NCBI GenBank assembly: GCA_002269645.1
Contig: NIVC01001522.1
Coordinates: 210,247 to 274,246, forward strand
Direction: 5' to 3'
DNA length: 64,000 nt
Source of the DNA: Macrostomum lignano
Lineage: Eukaryota
A program made the position numbers and the translations under genes. Numbering within the stretch: position 1 is the stretch's first letter; the number at the start of each line of letters is the position of its first letter. Shown in pieces: positions 1-11,506 of this stretch. The notes beneath the pieces are model-generated. The model was given only the letters and a program-made list of their open reading frames with translations, had not been told where the DNA came from and made no database searches.

Positions 1-851
1 CACAGAGACTTGTTGGGACATATTAAAAACAGCTTATTTTAGAATGGGTACACTTTACTAAAGTAGAATGCTCCTACAGAAAGCTGCAAGCAAACTAGCA
101 TCTTCTGGAGCTGACATGCAGAGAAGAATGATTTTGTCGTCCTTGAAATCACTAAATCGATATGCGAAATCGATCTTTTGCTAATCCCACCACAGGTTCC
201 AGTGAAAAGAAGAAACGAAACCCATTGACTAAATTGGCAGTCGACTCAATCGATGCCGACTGCAACGGACCTGTCAGCTTCGAACTCAGGAGAGCAGCTA
301 ATAGACTACGAGCGTAATGCTGGATGCCAGAGTGCTCTAAATAACGAGACTCCTGTTTTCTCACTCGACCGGAATTTTTTGTTTAATCTGCTTAACTAAT
401 ATCTGCGTTTCAGTTTTTCAGTTTCACTGTCAATTTTAGGTTTTTTCTAAGCGCAAGTGTAATTGAATTTTTTATTCATATTAGTCAGGCATATTGCGTA
501 CAGCATTATAGCGTATTAGTTAAGGTAAAGGTAAATAGACTGCTTGTAACTAGTTTTTCTTTCATGTGGATTGGCTTTAACGAAGCCTTTTGTATTTCAA
601 GTAATGCTGAATTCGCTGGACTGAGGACAATATAGTTACACGATGATATGCTATTCCTTCACTTTCAATAGATCATACTATTAGTATGGGACGTGCTTTT
701 TTATTTCAATGTATGCTTTTTTTCATCATTTAAATGCTAAAAATACTTAATAGGTCATTGCACTGTGTGTATGTGTGTGTTTTCGTGTGTCAAAAAAATT
801 GCAAAATAAGTGCCCACCATTGTATACCGTACCAACAAGTGCCCGGTGCGT

Positions 852-854
<3 letters not shown>

Positions 855-886
<32 letters not shown>
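855..886. repeat. (GT)n microsatellite
   Basis: Direct run of gtgtgt...; a second (GT)n run lies at ~1884-1906. Confidence 0.95.
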
Positions 887-889
<3 letters not shown>

Positions 890-1044
890 ATAATTGAATA
901 GTCTCTTACCACTGTGTGCACTGCGAGCCGCCGACCTGCACCGTCGCAGCCGCAGCCGCAACCGCAACCGCAGCCGTAGTCGCAGCCACGGCAGTAGCGG
1001 TGGTTCCGTTCAGACGGATAACTACTTCGATTGTTAATGGAAAG

Positions 1045-1138
1045 AGAGAGACGGAGAGAGACACGGACAGAGAGAGACGGAGAGAGACACGGACAGAGAG
1101 AGACGGATAGAGAGAGAGAGTGAAAGAGAGAGAGAGAG

Positions 1139-1176
<38 letters not shown>

Positions 1177-1605
1177 GGAGAGAGAGAGAATGAGAGAGAA
1201 TGGGAGAATGAGAATTGAAAAATACACAAATGAGAGAATTGGAAAAATATTTTATTTCGTTCTTATTTCTTCACGCATTTTCAGCTGCGTGCTGAAATTC
1301 TAAGAGAGAAGACGCACAGAAGGACAACCGAGACAAGAAGTCGTGGAGAAAAGAGGGAGAGAAGATAATAGAGGCACTGAGAGTTGTTTTTTCCTGTTAC
1401 ACCTGCAATTACGGGCAACTGACGCGATGGCCAATGAAAATTGCATTGATAAGGGAGAGACGGGATGGCTGAGAGGGGGGATAAGAGGGAGAGGGATGAA
1501 TGAAACGGTGGGATAAAGAGGGAGATGGGATGGGTGAGAGTGGGAGGAGGATGGATGGATGGATGGGAGAGGGGATGGATGAGTAGGAGAGGGGATGGAT
1601 GAATC
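1045..1605. repeat. (GA)n microsatellite and purine-rich low-complexity tract
   Basis: GAGA runs with ACGG interruptions at 1045-1240; GGAT/GGGA-rich tract at 1440-1605. The overlapping ORFs are artefacts. Confidence 0.9.
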
Positions 1606-1798
1606 CCCTGCATTGTAACCAATAGGAAAATTGGGTACAATAACGATAGAGATAATAAATCTTTCTAGAAAGTTGAACAACGTAGGTCTTGATTTAATTG
1701 ACATCAGCAAAATGAATTTTTTTTGCTGATTTCAACGTCCATGGCAAGGAGTTGCAATGTGTGTGAATTTGGCCTGATGGAATTTAGATGGATGGGAA

Positions 1799-1824
1799 CA
1801 CCCGAAGGGTGGGGGTACCGCTAG
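1799..1824 (+). mobile_element. Helitron 3' terminus (hairpin + CTAG) of an upstream element
   Basis: CACCC-GAA-GGGTG hairpin at 1799-1811, then CTAG|T at 1821-1825; same hairpin type as 11074-11100. Confidence 0.7.
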
Positions 1825-2400
1825 TATCATCTAATATACTAAAAATGAAATGCTTTCTTCTAATATACTAAAAATGGTCTGTTTGTGTGTGTGTGTGTGT
1901 GTGTGTGATCGATTTTAGCAAAAACGGCTCAACCGATTTTCTTCGAATTTGCACCATTCGATTAGAATTTTTTCCGTGACGATACATGCATCGTGGCTAA
2001 GAAATTGCTCGATGCTAAAGGGATTAAATATTCGAAAAACATGCTTTTTTGCAAAGGTCAAGCAGCTCTTTCGACTTGAAATGCATTGTAAGAATGCTAG
2101 CAGAAAAACTGACTGGTTGAATTCTGATTCTGAAATAGATTGCATCACAATACACTTTATTTATCGTCTGTGTACTGGCTGAATTTGACACACAATTGAA
2201 TTGCGTCACAGCTTTGAGTGTGAAAGCATAGCGCAGTACTGAATTTATATTACGTAACCATATTGTTAACTTTCATAGACACTGGTACTGACTTGCCTAA
2301 GAAATTGATTATGTCATAACTGCTTCGTGTGACTTTTTACTCTACCTGACTTGGTGTGAGTGTTGAATTATATAAGTGGTACAAATTCACTGATAACTGC

Positions 2401-2463
2401 GATGAGAGCTAGCCTAGAGCTGAACAGACCAGACTGCTAATGCAGCGACCTGGGTTCGAATCT
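2401..2463 (+). pseudogene. tRNA-Ser(GCT)-derived remnant / SINE-like head inside the Helitron
   Basis: A-box-like TAGCCTAGAGC, anticodon-loop-like GACT-GCT-AAT and B box GGTTCGAATC. No complete cloverleaf. Second copy at 43677-43737. Confidence 0.55.
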
Positions 2464-2537
2464 AAGTAGTTTAAAAGTAGTAGTGTAAATTTTTTTATTA
2501 AAAGCTTTTATTAAAGGACTAAATAAAAACACTTAGA

Positions 2538-3635
2538 TTACTGCACTCAATAAGCCAAGGATTATTGCTATTAATAAAGCAAGGATTAATGCACTTGATT
2601 AATCAAGGATTATTGCTATTAATAAACCAAGGATTACTGCACTCAATAAGCCAAGGATTATTGCTATTAATAAACCAAGGATTACTGCACTTGATTAATC
2701 AAGGATTATTGCTATTAATAAACCAAGGATTATTGCAGTTGATAAGCCAAGGATTACAGCGCTTGATAAGCCATGGATTATTGCAGTTGATAAGCCAAGG
2801 ATTACAGCGCTTGATAAGCCATGGATTATTGCACTTGATAGTAAAGAATGTTGCACTTGATAAGCCAAGGATTACTGCACTCGATAAGCCAAGGATTATT
2901 GCTATTAATAAACCAAGGATTACTGCACTCAATAAACCAAGGACTATTGCTCTTGGCAAACCAAGGATTACTGCACTCGATAAGCCATGGATTATTGCTA
3001 TTAATAAACCAAGGATTATGCACTTGGCAAACCAAGGATTACTGCACTCGATAAGCCAAGGATTATTGCTATTAATAAACCAAGGATTACTGCACTCGAT
3101 AAGCCAAGGATTATTATAAGCCAAGGATTATTGCTATTAATAAACCAAGGATTATGCACTTGGCAAACCAAGGATTACTGCACTCGATAAGCCAAGGATT
3201 ATTGCTATTAATAAACCAAGGATTACTGCACTCAATAAACCAAGGACTATTGCTCTTGGCAAACCAAGGATTACTGCACTCGATAAGCCATGGATTATTG
3301 CTATTAATAAACCAAGGATTACTGCACTCGATAAGCCAAGGATTATTGCTATTAATAAACCAAGGATTACTGCACTCGATAAGCCAAGGATTATTGTAAA
3401 CCAAGGATTACTGCACTCGATAAACCAAGGATTATTGCTCTTAATAAACTAAGGATTACTGCACTCGATAAGCCAAGGATTATTGCTATTAATAAACCAA
3501 GGATTACTGCACTCGATAAGCCAAGGATTATTGATATTAATAAACCAAGGATTACTGCACTCGATAAGCCAAGGATTATTGCTATTAATAAACCAAGGAT
3601 TACTGCACTCGATAGCCAAGGATTACTGCGCTTGA
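2538..3635. repeat. 24-bp minisatellite (~45 copies, alternating variants)
   Basis: Units gctattaataaaccaaggattatt and gcactcgataagccaaggattact; ORFs repeat with an 8-aa period. Confidence 0.95.
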
Positions 3636-3662
3636 TAAGCTTGGCTACATGTATAGGATTAT

Positions 3663-4065
3663 TTCTATCCAGGGATGCTTGTTATTTAGGGATTCTTGCT
3701 ATGTGCAGGATGCTTGCTATCTGGAAGGATGCTTCTACATTATTTGGGGGATGCTTGCTATCTGGAAGGATGCTTCTACATTATTTGGGGTATGCTTGCT
3801 ATCTGCAAGATGCTTGCTATCTGCAAGATGCTTGCTATCTGCAAGATGCTTGCTATCTGCAAGATGCTTGCTATCTGCAAGATGCTTGCTATCTGCAAGA
3901 TGCTTGCTATCTGCAAGATGCTTGCTATCTGCAAGATGCTTGCTATCTGCAGATGCTTGCTATCTGGGTGGATGCTTGCTAGGAGTATTAGGGGATGCTT
4001 GCTATCTGGGTGGATGCTTGCTAGGAGTATTAGGGGATGCTTGCTACTGGGGGGATGCTTGCTGT
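3663..4065. repeat. 18-bp minisatellite gatgcttgctatctgcaa
   Basis: About 10 perfect copies plus variants; a related 19-bp unit forms the core of the foldback element at 48015-48370. Confidence 0.95.
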
Positions 4066-4585
4066 CTTGGGAATATTTTCTATTTAGGGGTAATGACTGT
4101 GATCTTTGTGAAAGCTATATTTTCTTGTCTGTTTATTAATTTTACCAATCTTGTTGGCGAAGCCTTCTGCAAAAACATCTTAGTTCTTATCCTTTTGACT
4201 ATAGCTTTGAACTGTTCTGTCATTATTCGATAATTCGTTGGAAATTAATAAAGACGATATTGTTCAGTTTATATAATAGACTAATTTAGTTTAATTTAAA
4301 ACAAATTTATTGTGTCATAACTGCTTCGTGTTAGTAGTAGTAGTAGCAGCGATTGTTTTAATTAACTCGAATGATTGCATTAGGTCCAATTTCATTTCAG
4401 TCAGAACTTAGTATGCATGATTCTCTCAGATTCCATTTTGCTAATACGTGTATTAGATTTTTCGTTGCAAATTAATAAAGACGATATTAAACAAGAAAGG
4501 GTAACACATTTTCTTTTCAAGATATTTTATTCTCAAATAAGATTTATTTAAGAAATCTTAAATAAGCATAAGCAGGCTGCTGCTG

Positions 4586-4995
4586 TCACTTGTGCTTGTC
4601 CGAGTTGTCCGGCCGTTGCTTGTGCTGCTGCTGTTGCTGCTTCTCCTGTTGCTCCTGCTGCTGTTGCTGCTTCTCCTGCTGCTTCTCCTGGCGGACGTAA
4701 TTATGTAGTGAATTGCATTTCGCCACTTTGTGGTTGCCTCCGCAGAAGTAACAGGCCACAGCTATGAAAGGAAGTAAGGATGGTTAAATTGTTAATTTTA
4801 GAATAAAAACAGTATGTTTAATTGGTTGGCGATTGATTGGTTTGTTTGCTGCTCAGAGTCAAGAGGAAGAAAGAAAGCAAGTTCTAGGAGGTTGGTGATT
4901 AAATGATAAAGTAGTAACCCACAATACGTGCAATACTTACGTTTTCGGGGATGGCGCGGGCGGCGCTGTTGACTCTCTACGATAGTTACTTTCAT
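4586..4995 (-). CDS. Two-exon minigene: 76-aa CCHC zinc knuckle + polyQ/E peptide
   Basis: complement(join(4586..4761,4941..4995)); GT-AG intron 4762-4940, phase-compatible. Product MKVTIVESQQRRPRHPRKPVACYFCGGNHKVAKCNSLHNYVRQEKQQ...HK*. AATAAA signals lie downstream. Confidence 0.6.
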
Positions 4996-6003
4996 TGAGT
5001 ATGTTAAATATGTAATCCAAATATACTGAATAAATTTATTACTTTTGCTTTTTGGATATCTTAAGTTGGCGTAGAGTAAGAATCTACAATATATATATAT
5101 ATAGCAAAACTTTCTGGGGTGGGTTGGTGCTGGCCCAACCCGATTGGCCGTTTCGTGTGGGGATTAGCCACTCAGGGCTGAGGTGGACAAATGAAGCTAA
5201 GCAAGAGTGACGGCAGTGGCTGGACGGGTTGGGGCTGAGCTATGCACGGCTTAGGAGTGAAGCTCACACAGGTCAGAGAGAAGGGTGAGAGCGCAGTTTT
5301 GGTTGGGTGACTTAAGCCAAGCTGGGCCTGGGGAGATTGAATCAAAACCAGTTTGAAGCGGTAAACAACACAGAATACCCTGCACTTTTTAATTGTTGCT
5401 ACTTTCTTAGCCATTGCAATGACTCAGGAGTAAACTCCGGGGTTATGGTTGATTGCAAGTAAGAATTAGGAGGGGTGGTGGAGATAGGCGCGAGATTATA
5501 GAGCTAATGAGACGGCGGGTATAAACAGAGAAAAGAATAAGAAGACTGAATTAGATGAAAAAGGGTGAGAAAATGGAGTAAGCACAGACAAGTTCAGATG
5601 AACTGGATAAATGACTAAGAAAGTTAATGCTGCTTTTCATGAGTGTGAAAAACGATAAGTCGCAGACAACGAGGGGTTGGTCGTGGGAGTTCAATTAGCA
5701 TCGTGTGATCACGCCACAAGGTCCAGAGTCCACCCACCCCAGCCGATTTAGTCTGGAAACGAAGAGATTGCACAGGGAGGGAGTGTTATCTGTGTTCTGA
5801 TTGGCTGTTTAGTTGTGTGGGGTTGACTGCTGGTGATTGGGGTGTGGGCTTGACTATTTAAATTGAAATGGATTGCAAACTGTGAGTTTAACCTGCTATT
5901 TCTACTGAAGTATTTTGCACTGCAACATTTCTAGAAGCTCTTTCTATTTTCTAAGTTTTGTTTCTACTTTGTTAAAACTGTTAAACTGAACAACTAAGCT
6001 ACA

Positions 6004-7575
6004 ATGGCGTCTACAATCACCAAGAAGATTAAGGCAAATATCTCTGGCCTGAAACTGGGCTACATGAATGCGGCGGTTACTGGCCTTGTAACCGATTTGA
6101 AGGAGATCAGGTCCTACATGAAGAACGACGTCCGAAGCGAAGTTTTTTCATTCGTCTTGGTAGACGACTCGGCTGAGATGAGAGTCAGCGTTTTCGGCAA
6201 GGACCTGCGGTCTATTTGGGAAGTTTGCAATACTTCCGATGCTGTTCGGATAGCCGGCGGAATGGTAAAGACTTCGGATCCGAGATACAACAGCACGAAT
6301 AATCCTATGGAGGTGTCTCTTTCTGTTGACTCCAAGGGATCAATATTTCGAAGCAATGAAGTTCCGACTGTTAGTGAACGGGCGTGTAACTATACGCGAA
6401 TAAGCGACCTTCAAAACGTACGCCTGCAAGAGTGAGTTGCATTGTATCTATACTTGTATTTATTGTATAGACACAGTATACAATATTATTATATGTAAAA
6501 TAGACATAATAGTATAGCATATTGGAAAATAGAGAATTGTATAGGCAATTGTGTAGCACTGTAGTGTATGTTCGGCTTTTATAAATTATTTTGACTAGAT
6601 TAGCAATCTATTGTATGCCTTCATTCCTTGATGTTGGCTAGACTAGCAGTCCATTATATTCATTCGTCTATTGATGTAGGTAGGAATAGGATTCAAATGA
6701 ACTTCAAAAGGCGTTTTTGAGGTTTTAAAAGACTTTTAAAACTGTCCCCTCTGTATTGCCTTTTATTAGAAATGTCGATGTCCTTGGAGCAATCGACGCA
6801 CTGCAGCCGCCCGAGGAAGTCATGACGAAGGCTGGGAAGCGGATAAACGTAGCCAAAGTGACTCTTGTTGACCAGTCCTGTCGTTCTGTCTCCTGCACAT
6901 TTTGGGGGTCGTCCTCCGATCAAGCTGTCAACTGGAGTGTCGGCGACATTTTGTCGATACGACGAGCAAAAGTACAAGAGTACGCTGGCGCTGTTGTACT
7001 TGGATGTACTGGCTCTGAAGTTCGGCTCAACTCGGACGACACCGAGGTTACGAATTTGACTGACTGGTACACGAATGCTAAGCAGAGCGATACTGAGTTT
7101 CAACCTCTGGGTGCTCCGTGTCCATCAGGCGCGGTTGGCGGCTCTTCTGACCAAAGGGGAAGCAACAGGTGAGTTATTATGCAACTACCGGTATCGCACG
7201 AATCCTTCCGGGATGTAGACGAAATTGTCTTGGACTTTGGAGAAGGAATAAAGGTGCGCGTGTTCATTGTACATGTAACTTATTTAATGTTTAGTATCTT
7301 TCTGTAGTACAGATCTATTCACTCTAAGTTGCTACAGTATTGTATATTACTCGGTCAAGAATGTATAAAATTCAGTTTTAAGCAAACTTGTAAATTTTTG
7401 TTTATTAATTTTACCTTTCTACAGAAACTATACAGACTGGTGCCGTCTTGTGAGAGCCAACTCGAGTCAACACGAATCGACTGGAGTACGCAGGCTGATG
7501 AAACAAGCAGAATGTCATGCGAAGATTTCTCTGGCAGTTCAAGAAATCAGTGAGTTATTGAAGCACATGTGTTGA
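6004..7575 (+). CDS. RPA70-like ssDNA-binding protein with two OB folds (3 exons, ~325 aa)
   Basis: join(6004..6431,6770..7168,7425..7575); both introns are GT-AG and phase 2. Motifs FSFVLVDDSAEMRVSVFG (DBD-A-like) and VDVLG...VTLVDQS..SVSCTFWG (DBD-B-like). Exon 3 is less certain. Confidence 0.75.
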
Positions 7576-7842
7576 AAAGCCATCACAAGTAAATTTTAGC
7601 ATGGAAAAAGAATTGCTACCTTGGCCTACATGCTAAAATTCCTGCTGCATTGGCATTGAATGAATATGAAGTACCTTTAGATTGGGTGCGTAAGTCAAAT
7701 TTGGAGACTGAAATTTAGGATATGGGGTATTTAAGATATAGTTGGACTGATGATACCTTAATTGCAGTTTTGGTAATCCAATAGCAAGTATCTAATTTTC
7801 CCTTCTCTTCCCTTCACTTCTATGAGTGTCTTCGACTTGTAC

Positions 7843-8610
7843 TGTGCATTCTAAGAATCCCTTCCACAGTGCATTCTAAGAATCCCTTCCACAGTGCATT
7901 CTAAGAATCCCTTCTACAGTGCATTCTAAGAATCCCTTCCACAGCATCTGACAATGCCAGCTAATAGGATATCTGAGAATGTCAGCCAATGGGATTTCTG
8001 AGAATTTCAGCTAATGGGATTTCTGAGAATTTCAGCTAATGGTATATCTGAGAATGTCAGCTAATGGGATTTCTGACAATGTCAGCTAATGGGATTTCTG
8101 ACAATGTCAGCTAATGTGATTTCTGAGAATTTCAGCTAATGGGATTTCTGACAATGTCAGCTAATGGGATTTCTGAGAATGTCAGCTAATGGGATTTTGA
8201 GAATGTCAGCTAATGGGATATTTGACAATGTCAGCTAGCTATTGGGATATCTGAGAATGTCAGCTAATGGGATATCTGACAATGTCAGCTAATGGTATTT
8301 CGAAGAATTTCAGCTAGCTATTGGGATATCTGAGAATGTCAGCTAATGGGATATCTGACAATGTCAGCTAATGGTATTTCGAAGAATTTCAGCTAGCTAT
8401 TGGGATATCTGAGAATGTCAGCTAATGGGATATCTGACAATGTCAGCTACTGGTATTTCGGAGAATTTCAGCTAGCTACTGGGATTTCTGAGAATGTCAG
8501 CTAATGGGATATCTGACAATGTCAGCTACTGGTATTTCGGAGAATTTCAGCTAGCTACTGGGATTTCTGAGAATGTCAGCTAATGGGATTTCTGAGAATT
8601 TTAGCTATCT
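7843..8610. repeat. Two adjacent 25-bp minisatellites
   Basis: gtgcattctaagaatcccttccaca x4 at 7843-7944, then cagctaatgggatttctgagaatgt x~25 with 29-bp variants at 7950-8610. Confidence 0.95.
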
Positions 8611-11506
8611 TCTTTAGAACATTAAGGGTGAGGTGTTACATTATCGCAGGGTGTATTTTTGCCACTGCCAATGTTGATAGCAGGCTGGCTGCAGACGTGC
8701 TGGGCCTGACAGAGAGTTGGTTGAAATGGACATTTCGCTGCTTTGTATGTCCCTGGTAGATTTCTTCCACTCTATTACGTGGGCCAATCCAGAAGTTCAT
8801 GGTAATTACCGGTGCATTTGTGCAGATTAAGGAAGGGATTTTGTTATGTCTGCTCGTTAGAATAGAATTTGAATTCTACTAATTTGTGAAATTATTGGAC
8901 TCGTTTTCCAGGCGATATGGAAATTCAATCAAATAATGTTCTGATTGTGGGTTGAGCCGGAGAAAGTCGTAATAGTTGGATGATAAAAGCTCAATAAGAG
9001 TCCTGTCCCAAAGCGATAGGAAAATTCTGATTGATTTTCTGATTGAGGGGTTGAGCCAGAGACAGTCTTGATAGTTCAGTAAGAATCCTGTCCATATTCT
9101 GCTGAGGGGTTCGGCCAGAGAGTCTGGTAGTGCGGTGAGAGAAGCTCAAATTGGCAGCTTTTTGTGGTGGGAGAAATTTTCTGATTGCATGAACTTTTGG
9201 AATGGCCCTCGTACATGCAAATGCAGCCAGAGGGGGTTGAAGCAGCCTTTGCAAACCCCAGATAGTCTGTTGTGATGGCTTTAACTCTGCCGAAGCCAGT
9301 CCCAAGCCTGGTTGCAAAAAGAGGAGGGTTGCAAACTGTTCTTACATGCTCATTAGTAATGCCTGAAATTTACATGCCCCAAGTGAATGCCTCTGTCCAG
9401 CTGTGCAGACTAAAGCAAGCCAACAAGTGGTAAGATTGACACCAATGAAAAATTCTTAACAGAATTTGTGCAATGGTACCATCTTGTTGGCGAAGCCTTC
9501 TGCAAAAACATCTTAGTTCTTATCCTTTTATGACTTTGCAATTGTAAATATACGGAGTAAATAAAATGACTACTTGCATTTGATTGCGTTTTTAAATTTG
9601 CTATTAACATTACAGTGCAGAGTTTTTCTTGTTTTCGTCTGAATACGCAGAGGAAAGGATTATTGAGTACTAATTAATGGGAGACTGCTCCCTAATTTGT
9701 GACTGTAAAGAAGAATGAAAATTTTATATACTAAAATATTTATTGTCAGCCATTCTGACTTTTTGTTAGTTAGATTGCTTCAAATGTACAGGTCTGGGTG
9801 TGTGATCAATATGGTAGCTGCAGGTTGCAGTGTTTTACATGTACTTTAAGTATATGTAGTTATGAGCGTAGTATATACTTTGTTGTACTTGTTTCCGCTA
9901 ATGACTGACTGCGCCCCTCTCCACCGGCTGGGGCGCAAATGAAGAAGTTATTCCGACACTGTACGTTGCTAAGTACACTGGCGTGTCCCCCCTGGGGGAA
10001 TGGGTAGGCGTATATGATAGTACAGTCTTGTCAGGCAGCTAGAAAAGTTTGGTTGAGAATTTTTTAACAAGCCTCTTTACTGGGGCGCCAACGATGTCGA
10101 ATTTTTTCCAAAGCGCAGTACATGCTAAGTACACTGGCTTATGCCCCCTATTCCCTATTATCTGGGGTAATGAGAGTGAAAGCGGCCCAAGCACAGGTTC
10201 GTTTTTATTACGTTAAAAATCTATACATTAATCACACACTTGTTTCGCAGTTAAGGAATTAATCAAGTGGAGTTGAATATGTCGATGAAAAATTTAGTGT
10301 AGGAGTCGCACAGATATATTGCATCAGTTAACCAGAGCTGTGAATCCATGTATTTCAAAGTTGTATGCATGATTTGCAAAATGGGTCAAACCAAAGTCGT
10401 AAATAACTTACTAGAGTTGAGTGGCGAGTGACTTAAAATAAAATTGCGTTTTAATTACCGTATGAGAGAATAAAGATGAAAAGGGTTAGGACCACATGCA
10501 AACTGCAAAAAAGAACTGTAGCTAAAAGGAAATTAGGCTGTGGGAAAATATTGGTATTTGAGTCGCAATTTTAAAAGTACAAAAGTACAAAATCTAAATT
10601 ACGGAAACAATACTTTTAACAAGTCAAACCAATTAATTATACGTCATTGTACTAGGCAATATCCACTATCAAATAACCACACTGGCTCCAAATACAATAA
10701 CATTGTCGACACAATGTTTTTGTCTGTAACCGTTAAAACAGTTAACAGCAGACATCATTAAAATTGGTGCAACGCCAGTGACTCCCTGCATGATAGGCAA
10801 CTGTTGCCTTTGGCCTTTGGGAAACAAATTTTTTTTAGCTGTAGTTGCTTTTCCAGCCGTTGCAGAGCGTACTGCTTGCACCGCAACAGAAGTAGTACGC
10901 TATTGCTCTGAAAGAAGGCAAGTAGGTTGAATTGTCAGTTTTTTAAATTCTACACAAGCATGTTTTATTGGTACATAAGCCCCAGGGCCAGAATTAAAAT
11001 GAGAATTCGATTCCTAGCCCCCTCCCTAAGAATTCTTTTTATTTTAAAGGATTCGTCCCTTGCTTATTTGCCACCCCGAAGGGGGGCGCTAGATTGCTAG
11101 TATGAATCTACACGTGAATAAGTGGGACTAAAATCTCATGAATATAAATTGTTGCAAATAATTACCGCACAAGCCTCAGGCTGGGGATTCTTCAGTGTCA
11201 GTGAAGAACACTGAATCATCGACATCAAATCGTTGTCTCTTCTGTTGCAGCTGCTTCGATCTGGTGGCTGAATTTTGTCGTTTCGACCATCGGCGCATCT
11301 GCCTCTCAGATGCTTTACTTTTGTGCTGCTGGGCTGGGCTGCTGGGACGATCGCTAGCGTCTTTTAGAGCCCTCCTGGCAGCTCCCTCCATCTGCAGATG
11401 GCTGATAGGATTCCTCTTATAGGTTCGAGTCAGTGCCTCTGAATAAAAACGAGCGGAAAAAGTATGTGCTTAGCAAAAAAAACATACTAGAAAGAGTAGA
11501 GTTACT

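Larger units (their letters stand above)
1830..11100 (+). mobile_element. Non-autonomous Helitron (Lep1/DINE-1-like ends) carrying an RPA70-like gene
   Basis: 5' A|TCTAATATACT, then a GT microsatellite and 'ggctcaaccgattttc', as in Lep1/HINE-type 5' ends. 3' CCCC-GAA-GGGG hairpin and CTAG|T at 11097-11101. No Rep/helicase ORF seen. Pairing of the two ends is inferred. Confidence 0.7.

Noticed and set aside
755-1710. Multiple ORFs over the GT/GA tracts
   Set aside because: Microsatellite translations (HTHT, SLSL).
2401-2463. Functional tRNA-Ser gene
   Set aside because: Acceptor and D stems do not pair and the variable arm is missing; kept only as a remnant.
2538-4233. Long ORFs and a CRISPR-like look in the 24-bp and 18-bp arrays
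   Set aside because: Pure tandem repeats with no unique spacers and no cas genes; the ORFs are periodic translations of repeat units.
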